A stretch of DNA of 43,871 nt from Acetobacteraceae bacterium (GCA_036265085.1 DATAPS010000412.1:1-43871), one strand, 5' to 3'; positions 16,367 through 27,185 are shown, counted from the first letter of the stretch. The notes: a model not told the origin generated them from the sequence alone. Numbers and translations are program-made.

Positions 16367-17521
16367 TTATCGCAGCGCTAGGCGTCTCGCCAGTTCACGA
16401 CGCAGCGCCGCATCATCGGCGGTGCAACCATTGTCCCGCCAGAACGAACGCAAATCGCGAAGGAGCTGACCCATGCGGGGCCCAGGGGCGACACCGGCCT
16501 CCTGCAGGTGCTTGCCGCCGAGGGGAAACTCCGGCCGGGGCATCGCCTTGATGCGCGCGATCAGCTGAGGTGGGCCGCCGTGGACGTGAATCCGGTCGAC
16601 CAGGATGTCGGCCGGGGTCTCATCGAGCGCCCGGCGGAGATCATCGTCGGTCGCCGTCTCGGCGAGCGCCGGGTGCATGAGCGCCGATAGCCGCTCCCGC
16701 TCGGCGCCTGCGAGCCGGAGGCGGTCGGCGAGCGCCTCGACGCTGGCGGGCCCGAGGGCGGCAAGCCGGACGATCGGATCCGGCGGCAGGAAGGCGACCG
16801 GGCGCAGCGCCGCGACCTCGGACAGCACGGCGTGGAGGATGCCGAGCCGCTGCATCAGGGCCAACGAAGCATCGGGATCGGGCGCAAGGAGGATCCGCTT
16901 GATCTCGCTCCAGACCCGCTCGGGCGACAGGCGCGTAAGCGAGGCGGCTCCTCCGGCAAGGGCCGCCTCGGTTGCGGCGTCGGGCGGACGGCGGCCATAG
17001 CGGGCGTAGAAGCGGAAATAGCGGAGGATGCGGAGATAATCCTCCGCGATTCGCACGGCGGGATCGCCGACGAACCGCACGCCGCCGCCGCGGAGGTCGG
17101 CGATGCCGCCGAAATAGTCGAATACGCGCCCGTCGCGTGTCATCGACATCGCGTTGATCGTGAAGTCGCGCCGGCTCGCGTCCGCGCGCCAATCGTCGGT
17201 GAACTCGACTACGGCGTGGCGCCCGTCGGTCTCGACGTCGCGGCGCAGCGTCGTGATCTCAAAGCCCCGGTTGCCGGAGATAGCAGTGACCGTGCCATGA
17301 TCGATGCCGGTCGGGACCGCGCGGAGCTTGGCGGCGGCGAGCGCCCGGGCGACGTCGTCGGGCGGCCGCGGCGTGGCGAGGTCGATATCGGCGGTCGGAC
17401 CGTCGACCAGCGCATCGCGGACGGCGCCGCCGATGATCCGCGCCTCTGGCAGCGCGTCGAGGACAGCGATCAGGGCGGGGTCGGAGAGGAAGGCCGGCGC
17501 GACGACGGCCGCCGCGGTCAC
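16367..17521 (-). CDS. cca: CCA tRNA nucleotidyltransferase (poly(A) polymerase/CCA-adding family)
   Basis: IIGGAVRDAL...DIDLAT and RRDFTINAM motifs. The GTG at 17521 overlaps the upstream stop (GTGA). The longer track ORF (to 17788) would overlap the upstream gene. Confidence 0.85.
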   Translation of the reverse strand: MTAAAVVAPAFLSDPALIAVLDALPEARIIGGAVRDALVDGPTADIDLATPRPPDDVARALAAAKLRAVPTGIDHGTVTAISGNRGFEITTLRRDVETDGRHAVVEFTDDWRADASRRDFTINAMSMTRDGRVFDYFGGIADLRGGGVRFVGDPAVRIAEDYLRILRYFRFYARYGRRPPDAATEAALAGGAASLTRLSPERVWSEIKRILLAPDPDASLALMQRLGILHAVLSEVAALRPVAFLPPDPIVRLAALGPASVEALADRLRLAGAERERLSALMHPALAETATDDDLRRALDETPADILVDRIHVHGGPPQLIARIKAMPRPEFPLGGKHLQEAGVAPGPRMGQLLRDLRSFWRDNGCTADDAALRRELARRLALR

Positions 17522-17757
17522 GGCGCGACCCCGCGTCCTTGGACGATATGGCCGTTTTCGATGTGCGCGGGCACGTAGCGGTCTTGCGGCGGCAGGCTGC
17601 GCGCGAGGCCGTACCAGATCGTGGCGACGGCAAGGACCGTGAGCCCCGTGACGGCGATCCACATAAAGCGGGCGCTGAACGACCGCCCAAGGAACACCCA
17701 AAGGCCGTATAAGGCGAAGGGGCAGAAGAATAACCCCACCTCGACGAAGCGCAGCAT
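17518..17757 (-). CDS. Small two-TM membrane protein (79 aa; DUF6111-like?)
   Basis: MLRFVEVGLFFCPFALYGLWVFL...MWIAVTGLTVLAVATIWYGL. The start overlaps the NUDIX stop (TGATG) and the stop overlaps the cca start (GTGA), so it fits the operon exactly. The family name is recalled from memory only. Confidence 0.6.
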   Translation of the reverse strand: MLRFVEVGLFFCPFALYGLWVFLGRSFSARFMWIAVTGLTVLAVATIWYGLARSLPPQDRYVPAHIENGHIVQGRGVAP

Positions 17758-18413
17758 CAGGCGACCCCGCGCAGACGCACCGCCACATGCACGAGGATCG
17801 CGGCGGTCGCGCCCCAAATGTAATGCTCGGAATGCGGCCAGACCCAGAACTCCCTCCATCGCCCGCGGAAATGCGCGCGCTTGCGTTGTGGCGCTTCGGG
17901 ATCGAGCAGGACGGCGAGCGGCAGCAGGAACACGCTTTCCACCTCTGCTGCGCAGACGTGCAACCCGAGGCCGGCGAGATCGATGCCGACTGGCAGCAGC
18001 CCGAGCACAGGCGTAATCCGGAACCCTGTGCCGGTTATGTAGTCCTCTAATCGCCCCGCGATCTCTACCCGTCCCGGATCGAGCCCGATCTCCTCCTCCG
18101 CTTCTCGCAACGCCGCCGATTCCGGCGAGGCATCGCCCGGATCGATGCGTCCTCCGGGAAAGCTTACCTGGCCGGCGTGGTTGTTGAGATTCTCGTTGCG
18201 CTTGGTCAGCAAAACGCCGGGCGCGGCGCTGAGCACAAAGGGGACGAGCACTGCGGCGGGTATCGGCGGCGGGTCGATCAGGCCGCTTGCATCGTCACTC
18301 CCGGCCTGCGCGGCGATCCCAGGCGGGTCGACGACAGGGACCGCACCAGCGGGCGACGGGGTCGGGGCTTCAACTGAGGCAATCAGGCGGAGGCGCAGTT
18401 CCTCGGCGGTCAC
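17757..18413 (-). CDS. NUDIX hydrolase, CoA pyrophosphatase type
   Basis: NUDIX box GQVSFPGGRIDPGDASPESAALREAEEEIGL, preceded by LLTKR, which is typical of the CoA pyrophosphatase subgroup. Confidence 0.85.
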   Translation of the reverse strand: MTAEELRLRLIASVEAPTPSPAGAVPVVDPPGIAAQAGSDDASGLIDPPPIPAAVLVPFVLSAAPGVLLTKRNENLNNHAGQVSFPGGRIDPGDASPESAALREAEEEIGLDPGRVEIAGRLEDYITGTGFRITPVLGLLPVGIDLAGLGLHVCAAEVESVFLLPLAVLLDPEAPQRKRAHFRGRWREFWVWPHSEHYIWGATAAILVHVAVRLRGVA

Positions 18414-18422
18414 CGCAGGCGA

Positions 18423-19052
18423 TCAGTCCTCCGCCGACGGCAGATCGCCGAGCGAGAAGAAGCGGCGGCAGCTCCAGACGCCGAGCACGCGGCGGGAGCC
18501 GACGAACCCCGGTTCGGCAAGCGCGACCAACTCGTAATAGACGGCGCGGCTGATGCGCGCCTCAATGGCGAACGCGCCGTCGCCCGCTCGGAGCTTGAGA
18601 TACGGCGTCGGCTCGCAAGTCAGGACGTCATGCGCGACTCGGATGGGATGCTCGGCGTCCGCGGTCACCATCTCGTCGACGTTCGTCCGGAACGTCAGCC
18701 CCTGACTGCGCCCGCAGCCGCACCAGTCGAGCTCGACAGCGACGAACGGCGCGTCCTCCACGGCGATCCGGCCGCGTTCCACGGGTGTCTGGAGATAGAA
18801 GCCACCGCGCTCGTCCCGCTTGAGCACCGACGAAAACAGACAGACGAGTTCCTTCCGGCCGATCGGCGAATCCCGGTAGAGCCAAGTGCCGTCGCGCTTG
18901 ATCAGGAAGGGAAGGTCGCCGCAATCGACCGGCTCACGCTTGGGCTTGGGCTTGGGCTTGAATGTCGCCTCGAAAGCACGAGACACGCAAGGAAGCTCAA
19001 GCGCCGAGGATTTCTCCGCACTATGGTTTACCACGGGCATGGCATCATTCAC
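18423..19052 (-). CDS. DUF1285 domain-containing protein
   Basis: IKRDGTWLYRDSPIGRKELVCLFSSVLKRDERGGFYLQTPVE and a C-terminal FSLG are characteristic of DUF1285. The usual alphaproteobacterial neighbour (NUDIX) is present. Confidence 0.8.
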   Translation of the reverse strand: MNDAMPVVNHSAEKSSALELPCVSRAFEATFKPKPKPKREPVDCGDLPFLIKRDGTWLYRDSPIGRKELVCLFSSVLKRDERGGFYLQTPVERGRIAVEDAPFVAVELDWCGCGRSQGLTFRTNVDEMVTADAEHPIRVAHDVLTCEPTPYLKLRAGDGAFAIEARISRAVYYELVALAEPGFVGSRRVLGVWSCRRFFSLGDLPSAED

Positions 19053-19279
19053 GTCTGTGTCTCCACGCCTCGGCCACCTACCGTCGTGGTCGCCGATATA
19101 GGCATTCCACCCCTCCGGCGTTAAGTGGCGGAGACGCCGCGCAAGGATAGAAAGTCATTTGCAAGCAGCGCATTTAGCGGCGCTGTTGAGGAGAGGTCGG
19201 GAGATGTTCGGCGCGGACGGCTGACACGAGCGTTGCACACCTCATCTATCCACCACAGCTGCTACCCGAGAGGATCGAC

Positions 19280-20289
<1,010 letters not shown>

Positions 20290-20293
<4 letters not shown>

Positions 20294-21195
20294 GCGGGGC
20301 GGACCGGTCCGCATCCGCGCTCGACGGCGCCCGGGCGGCCCGGCGCGCCGAGACCCTCGGTGCGCGGCTGCCGCCGTTGCTGGTGCAGGCGGAGCGCGTG
20401 GCTTCGACTGTCGCGCAGGGCGTGCACGGGCGCCGGCGCGTCGGGCAGGGAGACAGTTTCTGGCAGTTCCGGCCGTTCCTGGCCGGCGATCCGGCGAGCC
20501 GCATCGATTGGCGGCAATCCGCCCGCTCCGACCGCGCCTACATTCGGGAGACGGAATGGGAGGCGGCGCAGACCGTCTGCCTTTGGCGCGACTGCGGTCC
20601 GAGCATGCGCTGGAAGTCGCGCGGGCAGCCGGTAGAGAAGGTCGCACGGGCCGAGTTGCTGCTGCTCGCGCTCGCCGCGCTCTTGTTGAGGGGGGGCGAG
20701 CGTGTCCGGCTGATCGCGCCCGGCACGCGGGCGCTCGCGGGGCGTCACGCCCTGGACCGCCTGGCGGACGAGTTGCCGCGGACCGGCGGCGAGGAAGGAC
20801 TCCCGGTCGAGACCGACCTCCCGCGGCACGCGCGCGTCGTGCTGTTCGGCGATTTGTTGTCGCCGCTTCCCGAGGTGCAGGTGGTGGTCGGGCGGCTCGC
20901 GGCAATCCCGGTTGTCGGGACGCTGCTGCAAATCCTCGATCCCGCGGAGGCCGCGCTCCCATATACTGGCCGCGTGAAATTTCAGGGCATGCGCATTGCA
21001 CAGGAAGTCCTGATCCCCCGCGTCGAAGGCGTGCGCGACGCCTACGCGCAACGCTTGGCCGAGCAGCAAGAGGGCCTCGCGAAAATCTGCGCTGCTGCCG
21101 GCTTCGGCTTCAGCGTTCATCATACTGACCATCCGCCGGAGGCCGCTTTGCTTTCGCTCTACACCGCCCTCGCCCCCGTGACCGGCCGCCGGTGA
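20290..21195 (+). CDS. DUF58 domain-containing protein
   Basis: G.HGRRR.GQGDSFWQFRPF..GD....IDWRQSAR......RE.EWE is the DUF58 core. The TTG start overlaps the moxR stop (TTGA). Confidence 0.85.
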
Positions 21196-23882
21196 TCTTC
21201 GCCTCGCCCTGGCTCTTGCTGGCCCTCGTCGCGCTGCCGCTGCTCTGGTGGCTGCTGCGGGTGACCCCGCCGGCGCCGCGGCAGGAGGTGTTCCCTGCTG
21301 TCCGCCTTCTGCTCGGCCTGAATGCGACCGCCGAGACGCCAGCGCGCACGCCCTGGTGGCTGCTCGCACTGCGGGTCCTCGCCGCCGCATTGGTGATCGT
21401 TGGGCTGGCGCAGCCGGTGCTCGAGGCCGGCACGCGGCTCGCCGGGAACGGGCCGATGTTGCTCGTTGTCGACGACGGTTGGGCATCTGCCGCCGACTGG
21501 CCGCGTCGGATGACAGCGGCCAACGGCGCGATCGACCGCGCGCAGCGCGCGGGCCGGGAGGTCGCGCTGCTCGCGACCACTGCGAACGAGAGCGGCGCGA
21601 AGCCGCAAGCGACGCCACCGATGCCCGCCCCTGAGCTTCGCAGCCGCCTCGCCGCCTTGCGCCCGAAATCCTGGCCGGTGGACCGCACGGCGGCGGCGGC
21701 CGCGCTGGACGGCTGGAAACGCGGAGGGTCGGTCGTCTATGTCGCCGACGGGCTGACCGACGGCGCTGGTTACGACGAGTTCGCGCAGGCGATGGCCGCG
21801 ATCGGTCCCGTGACCGAACTGCGCGACGAGGTGCCAGGGGCGCAGCTCCTGTTGCAGCCGCGCGCGACCGCGGATTCCCTGGTTGTCCCGGTCGTCCAGG
21901 CACCGCGACCCGCGCCGACCGACGTCGCTGTGCTCGCGCAGTCGGGCGACGGCCGCACGTTGGCACGGGTGACCGCGACGATCGCGCCGGACGCGGCGCA
22001 AGCCGAGGCGGCGATCAAGCTTCCTCCTGAGCTGCGCAACACGCTGGCGCGTGTCGTGTTGGAAGGTCCGGCATCAGCTGGGTCGGTGGTGCTGCTGGAC
22101 GAGCGCTGGCGCCGTCGGCCGGTCGGTCTGGTCGCTGGCGACGAGACCACCGAAAATACGCCGCTCACCGGCCAGCTCTTCTATCTCCGGCGCGCACTAT
22201 CGCCATATACCGAGCTGCGCGACGGTGATGTGAAGACGCTGCTGTCGCGCGACCTCTCGGTGCTGATTCTCGCCGATCACGTCGTACCGGACGGTCCGGA
22301 GCACGACCTCGTCGCCGAGTGGGTGCGCAAAGGCGGGATGCTCATCCGCTTCGCGGGCCCGCAGACCGCGGAACACCCCGACGGCTTGCTGCCGGTCACC
22401 CTGCTGGCCGGAGACCGTCAACTCGGCGGCGCGATGTCCTGGAGCCAACCGGAGCCGCTGAGCCCGTTCGCGGTCGGTACGCCGTTCGACGGGCTGACCG
22501 TGCCGCCGGACGTGCGGGTCTCGCGGCAGGTGCTGGCCGAGCCGAATGCGCAGCTTGCCGGCCAAACCTGGGCGCGGCTGGGCGACGGCACGCCGCTGGT
22601 GACCCAGAAGGCGGTGGGTGCTGGGCGCATTGTCCTGTTCCATGTTACGCCGAACGCCGACTGGTCCGACCTTCCGCTGTCCGGCTTGTTCGTCGACATG
22701 CTTCGCCGGCTCGTCGCGCTGTCGGCCGGCGTGGCGGGGGCCGATGATCCCTCCGGCCCGCCGCTCGCCCCGGCCGAGGTGCTCGACGGATTCGGCCGGC
22801 TTGGCCCGCCGCCGATCGCCGCGACCGCGCTGCAACCCCCCGAGGTTGCCCGCGCAACCGCGAGCCCGCAGCATCCGCCGGGCCTCTACGGTCCTGAGAA
22901 CGGACGCCATGCGCTCAATCTGGCGGCGGGCCTCGACCTCCCGAAGGCGGCGGCCGCGGTCCCAGGTGCGAGCGTCGACCCGATCGGCGGCGCGCCGGCC
23001 GAGAAGGCGCTGGCGCCGTGGCTGCTCGGCACGGCGCTCGTCCTGTTCGCGATCGATCTGCTGGTCTCGCTCGGCCTGCGCGGTCTCTATCGTGGCCGGA
23101 CGGTGGGCCGGGCGGCAGCGATGATCGCGCTGCTGTTCGCGGTCGCGCCGGCGCACGCGCAGAACGCGGTGCCGCCCGGGCCGAACCCCGCCTTGCAGAC
23201 GCGCCTCGCCTACATCGTCACCGGCGACGACCAGATCGACAGCATCTCGCGCGCGGGGCTGGCGGGGCTCTCGGATTATGTCAATCGGCGCAGCGCGGCA
23301 ACGCTTGCCGATCCCGCGCCGGTGACGCTGGGCGAAGACGATCTCAGCTTCTATCCGCTGATCTACTGGCCGATCTCGCCGGACGCAGGCGCGCCGTCAG
23401 CTGCCGCCGTCGAGGCGCTGAACGACTACATGGCGCATGGCGGCATCGTCCTGATCGACACGCGCGACGGCGGCGGCGGCGGCGGCCTGGCGAACGGCGC
23501 CGAGGAGGCGTTGCAGACCTTCACGAAGGGGCTGACGATTCCGCAACTGACGCCGCTGACGACGGCACACGTACTGGCGCGCGCATTCTATCTCCTGCAG
23601 GATTTCCCTGGCCGCTACGAAGGCGAGACGGTCTGGGTGCAGCGCGACCAGGATCGTACCAACGACAGCGTCAGCCCCGTGATCATCGGCAGCAACGACT
23701 GGGCCTCGGCTTGGGCGGTGGACGCGCAGGGTCGGTATCCCTACGCGGTGATCCCCGGCGGTACGAGGCAGCGCACGATGGCATATCGCTTCGGGGTCAA
23801 TCTCGTGATGTACGCGTTGACCGGGAACTACAAAGGCGATCAGGTTCACGTGCCGGCGCTGCTGGAGAGGCTTGGACAGTGA
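21192..23882 (+). CDS. BatA_N (aerotolerance-regulator N-terminal) / DUF4159 membrane protein (896 aa)
   Basis: N-terminus IFASPWLLLALVALPLLWWLLRVTPP is BatA_N-like. The C-terminal region of about 220 aa (FYPLIYWP...HGGIVLIDTRDG...GSNDWASAW...NLVMYALTG) is DUF4159-like. The GTG start overlaps the DUF58 stop (GTGA). Confidence 0.8.
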   Translation: MIFASPWLLLALVALPLLWWLLRVTPPAPRQEVFPAVRLLLGLNATAETPARTPWWLLALRVLAAALVIVGLAQPVLEAGTRLAGNGPMLLVVDDGWASAADWPRRMTAANGAIDRAQRAGREVALLATTANESGAKPQATPPMPAPELRSRLAALRPKSWPVDRTAAAAALDGWKRGGSVVYVADGLTDGAGYDEFAQAMAAIGPVTELRDEVPGAQLLLQPRATADSLVVPVVQAPRPAPTDVAVLAQSGDGRTLARVTATIAPDAAQAEAAIKLPPELRNTLARVVLEGPASAGSVVLLDERWRRRPVGLVAGDETTENTPLTGQLFYLRRALSPYTELRDGDVKTLLSRDLSVLILADHVVPDGPEHDLVAEWVRKGGMLIRFAGPQTAEHPDGLLPVTLLAGDRQLGGAMSWSQPEPLSPFAVGTPFDGLTVPPDVRVSRQVLAEPNAQLAGQTWARLGDGTPLVTQKAVGAGRIVLFHVTPNADWSDLPLSGLFVDMLRRLVALSAGVAGADDPSGPPLAPAEVLDGFGRLGPPPIAATALQPPEVARATASPQHPPGLYGPENGRHALNLAAGLDLPKAAAAVPGASVDPIGGAPAEKALAPWLLGTALVLFAIDLLVSLGLRGLYRGRTVGRAAAMIALLFAVAPAHAQNAVPPGPNPALQTRLAYIVTGDDQIDSISRAGLAGLSDYVNRRSAATLADPAPVTLGEDDLSFYPLIYWPISPDAGAPSAAAVEALNDYMAHGGIVLIDTRDGGGGGGLANGAEEALQTFTKGLTIPQLTPLTTAHVLARAFYLLQDFPGRYEGETVWVQRDQDRTNDSVSPVIIGSNDWASAWAVDAQGRYPYAVIPGGTRQRTMAYRFGVNLVMYALTGNYKGDQVHVPALLERLGQ

Positions 23883-23906
23883 CAACCGGGCGCACGCGGG
23901 CTGACC

Positions 23907-25997
23907 ATGCATACTGAACAGGCCATCGCGTCGCTCCGCTTCGACCCGGTTCTGCCGCTCTGGCTCATGGGCGCGATCGGTGCTTTGTGCCTCGTCGCGG
24001 TCGCAGTCGCGGCGTGGCGGCGGGCTCGGGGCGTCGTGTGGCGTGCGCTCGCCTTCGCAGTGCTGCTGGGCTGGCTCGCCGGGCCGCGGCTGGTGCGAGA
24101 GACGCGGGAGACGCTGCCGGACATCGGGCTGTTGGCGGTCGACCAGACCGCGTCGATGTCGGTCGGCAACCGCACTGCGCTGGTCCAAGCCGCGCAGCAG
24201 AAGATCGAGGCGCAGGCGCGCGACCTGCACGACCTCGAGCTGCGCACGATCACGGTGCCGGAGAGCGGATCCGAAGGCACGCGCATGTTCGCCGCGATCG
24301 ACCGCGCGCTTGCCGACATCCCGCGCGCGCGCCTTGCCGGCATCGTCGCGCTGACCGACGGGATGATCCACGACGTCCCCGCGCAGCCGCCCGGCGGCGT
24401 GCCGTTCCACGCGCTGATCGCCGCCAAGGGCGAGGAAGTCGACCGCCGTATTCGCGTCATCGAGGCGGCGCCTTACGGGATCGTCGGCAAATCGGTGACG
24501 TTGAGGGTCGCGATCGAGGATCTCGGCCGGCCGCGGAATGGACTCGCGACCGGCGCGTCCGCGACGCTGACCATCCGCCGCGACGGCGAGCCGGCGCGGG
24601 TGGAGAGTGTGCCGGTCGGGCTCGAGCACGACATCGACGTGCCGATCACGCGCGGCGGTCCGACCGTGATCGAGATGACCGCCGCGCCGCTGCCCGGCGA
24701 GGTGTCGCAGATCAACAACCGCGCCGTGGTGACGGTGAACGGCGTGCGCGACCGCCTGCGGGTGCTGCTGATCTCCGGCGAGCCGCATCAGGGCGAGCGT
24801 ACCTGGCGGCGGCTGCTGAAATCCGACCCGGCCGTCGATCTCGTGCATTTCACCATCCTGCGGCCGCCGGAGAAGGACGACCTGACGCCGCTGAACGAGC
24901 TGGCGCTGATCGCCTTCCCAACGCGCGAGCTGTTCCAGGAGAAGATCAAGGAATTCGACCTGATCATCCTGGACCGCTTCCAGAACCGCGGCACGCTGCC
25001 GCCGCTCTACCTCCGCAACATCGCCGAGTACGTGCGCGGCGGAGGCGCGTTGCTGATGAGCGTCGGACCGGAATTCGCCGGAACCGGGAGCCTCGCCGCG
25101 AGTCCGCTCGGCAGCGTGCTGCCCGCCCGGGCGTCCGATCTCGACCGCGCGGTGGTGGACGGTGCGTTCCGGCCACTCGTGACGCCGCTCGGGACGCGGC
25201 ATCCGGTGACGGAGAACCTCCCCGGCTGGAAGGCCAACGGCGATCCGAACTGGGGCGAGTGGTACCGCCGGATCATCCCGTCCGACGCGCAGGGCGACGC
25301 GCTGATGAGCGGTCCGGACGGCGCGCCGCTACTGCTGCTGTCACATGTCGGCGACGGGCGCGTGGCACTGCTCCTCTCAGACCAGATCTGGCTGTGGTCG
25401 CGCGGGCACGACGGCGGCGGCCCGCAAGTGGAGTTGCTCCGCAGAGTCGCGCACTGGCTGATGAAGGAGCCGGCGCTCGAGGAGGATGCGCTGACGGCCC
25501 GCGTGGACAACGGCCGGCTGACCGTCGAGCGCCGCAGCACCTCCGATGCGCCGCCCGGCGATATTGGCGTCACCGATCCCGACGGCCACGCGCAGACGCT
25601 GGCGCTGACGCCCAACGGTCCGGGCCGGGCCTCGGCGAGCCTGCCGGCGACGCTGCCGGGCGTGTGGCAGGCGAGCGACGGCACGCGCCGCGCCTTCGCC
25701 GCCGCGGGCGCCGCCAATCCGCCGGAGATCGCCGATCTACGGGCGAGCGCGACGGTTCTGCAGCCGCTCGTCCGGGCGTCCGCCGGGAGCGTGCATTGGC
25801 TCGATCCGAATGGCGCACCAGAGCCGCGGATGGTCGAGCCGGACCACGAGACGTCCGGCGCGGGATGGCTGGGGTTCGAGCGACGGCACGACCATCTCGT
25901 GACCGGGATCGCCGCGACTCCGCTGCTGCCGTCCTGGGCCGCGCTGCCGCTGATCCTGGGGCTGGCGATCCTGGCGTGGCGCCGCGAAGGCGCGTGA
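23907..25997 (+). CDS. Membrane protein with vWA-like N-domain and class-I glutamine-amidotransferase-like domain (696 aa)
   Basis: Two N-terminal TM segments. MIDAS-like LLAVDQTASMS (24141..24155). GATase-like block FDLIILDRF...YVRGGGALLM. C-terminal TM anchor. Confidence 0.7.
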   Translation: MHTEQAIASLRFDPVLPLWLMGAIGALCLVAVAVAAWRRARGVVWRALAFAVLLGWLAGPRLVRETRETLPDIGLLAVDQTASMSVGNRTALVQAAQQKIEAQARDLHDLELRTITVPESGSEGTRMFAAIDRALADIPRARLAGIVALTDGMIHDVPAQPPGGVPFHALIAAKGEEVDRRIRVIEAAPYGIVGKSVTLRVAIEDLGRPRNGLATGASATLTIRRDGEPARVESVPVGLEHDIDVPITRGGPTVIEMTAAPLPGEVSQINNRAVVTVNGVRDRLRVLLISGEPHQGERTWRRLLKSDPAVDLVHFTILRPPEKDDLTPLNELALIAFPTRELFQEKIKEFDLIILDRFQNRGTLPPLYLRNIAEYVRGGGALLMSVGPEFAGTGSLAASPLGSVLPARASDLDRAVVDGAFRPLVTPLGTRHPVTENLPGWKANGDPNWGEWYRRIIPSDAQGDALMSGPDGAPLLLLSHVGDGRVALLLSDQIWLWSRGHDGGGPQVELLRRVAHWLMKEPALEEDALTARVDNGRLTVERRSTSDAPPGDIGVTDPDGHAQTLALTPNGPGRASASLPATLPGVWQASDGTRRAFAAAGAANPPEIADLRASATVLQPLVRASAGSVHWLDPNGAPEPRMVEPDHETSGAGWLGFERRHDHLVTGIAATPLLPSWAALPLILGLAILAWRREGA

Positions 25998-26021
25998 TTC
26001 GGGGAGGACTGTGTCTTCCAG

Positions 26022-26031
26022 AATCTAGATT
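26022..26031. promoter_or_regulatory. AT-rich perfect palindrome AATCTAGATT upstream of tspO (possible operator)
   Basis: Perfect 10-bp palindrome in an otherwise very GC-rich intergenic stretch, 72 nt upstream of the first canonical tspO start. Confidence 0.2.
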
Positions 26032-26102
26032 TCGGCAACGGCCGCGGCGCCGCCCCCGGTTCCTCCACGCCCTGGTCGGCGGTACTCGCGCTGCTGGGCT
26101 TC

Positions 26103-26537
26103 GTGGGCCTGTGCCTGCTCGTCGGAGCGGCGAACGACGCGGTGACGCTGGTCAGCGTGCGGACGTGGTATCTGTCGCTGACCCCCCCTCTGCTGACGCC
26201 GCCCGACCGGGTGTTCGTGCCGGTCTGGAACGTACTCTATCTGCTGATCGGCGTCTCGGCTTGGCTGGTGTGGCGCCGCCCCGGTCATCGCGCACCGTTG
26301 CGGATGTGGGGATGGCAGTTGCTGGCCAATGCCTTCTGGCCGAGCGCCTTCTTCGGCTTGCGGTCGACATTGGCCGGGCTGGTCGTGATAGCGGTCCTGC
26401 TGGTGCTGGTCGCCCTGACGATCCGGCGCTTTGCCCGCGTGCGCCCGCTCGCCGCATGGCTGCTCGCACCGTACCTCGCCTGGACAGGATTTGCCGCATA
26501 TCTGAACGCTGGGTTCTGGTGGCTCAATCGCGGCTAG
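26103..26537 (+). CDS. tspO: TspO/MBR family tryptophan-rich sensory protein
   Basis: WYLSLTPPLLTPPDRVFVPVWNVLYLLIGVSAWLVW, ...WGWQLLANAFWPSAFFG..., ...APYLAWTGFAAYLNAGFWWLN. The GTG at 26103 is the first canonical start, but it seems to truncate TM1 (see findings). Confidence 0.8.
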   Translation: MGLCLLVGAANDAVTLVSVRTWYLSLTPPLLTPPDRVFVPVWNVLYLLIGVSAWLVWRRPGHRAPLRMWGWQLLANAFWPSAFFGLRSTLAGLVVIAVLLVLVALTIRRFARVRPLAAWLLAPYLAWTGFAAYLNAGFWWLNRG

Positions 26538-26552
26538 GGTAGATTACGAAGC

Positions 26553-27185
26553 ATGACTCGTGATCTGACCTGTTGTCTCGCTCTTCTGGCCGGGTTCACG
26601 CTCGCCGCACCGATGGCCGCGCACGCCCAGCGCAGCGCGATCCCGAGCCTGACCGGCGGGCCGGTCGCGCAGCCGCGGGAAAACGCAGAACCGCCGAAGC
26701 CGGCGGAGCCTCCCGTGCTCCCTGGCGCGCAGCCCCGCACGGCTGCAGTAGCCCCCGCGCAGACGCCCGCGCTCGACATGCCGCCGACCGAAGCGCTGTT
26801 CGACGCGATCAATCGCGGCGACCTCGGCGCCGCCAAGGACGCGGTCAATCGCGGCGCGGACCTGTACGGCCGCAACATCCTCGGCATGACGCCGACCGAT
26901 CTGTCGGTCGATCTCGGCCGCAACGACATCACCTTCCTCCTGCTCTCGCTGCGGCCCGCAAGTGCCGGCGAACTTCCGCCCTCCGCCCTCGCGTCGGCCC
27001 GGGCGCCTGCGCCGAACGCGCGGACCACCCGCGCGTCGGCGACGACTCGGGCCGCCGTTGCGTCGAAGGGCCCGGTCACGCCGCCGCGAACGCCCGCTTC
27101 GCTCGCGCCCCGCCAGTTCGCGGGCGACGGCGGATCTCCGGTGCCGCAGGCTGGCTTCCTTGGGTTTGGCGGTGCCGCCCGATGA
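26553..27185 (+). CDS. Secreted ankyrin-repeat protein with Pro/Ala-rich tail
   Basis: Signal peptide ...LAAPMAAHA|Q. Ankyrin-like repeat EALFDAINRGDLGAAKDAVNRGADLYGRNILGMTPTDLSVDLGRNDITFLLLS. The C-terminal half is low complexity. Confidence 0.75.
   Translation: MTRDLTCCLALLAGFTLAAPMAAHAQRSAIPSLTGGPVAQPRENAEPPKPAEPPVLPGAQPRTAAVAPAQTPALDMPPTEALFDAINRGDLGAAKDAVNRGADLYGRNILGMTPTDLSVDLGRNDITFLLLSLRPASAGELPPSALASARAPAPNARTTRASATTRAAVASKGPVTPPRTPASLAPRQFAGDGGSPVPQAGFLGFGGAAR

Noticed and set aside
23397-26542. 601-aa minus-strand ORF (23397..25202) and 851-aa alternative plus-frame ORF (23987..26542)
   Set aside because: Both overlap the better-supported 23907..25997 frame (TM segments, MIDAS-like motif, GATase-like block) and tspO. 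Their composition is Arg/Ala/Gly/Asp-biased, which is characteristic of off-frame GC-rich translation.
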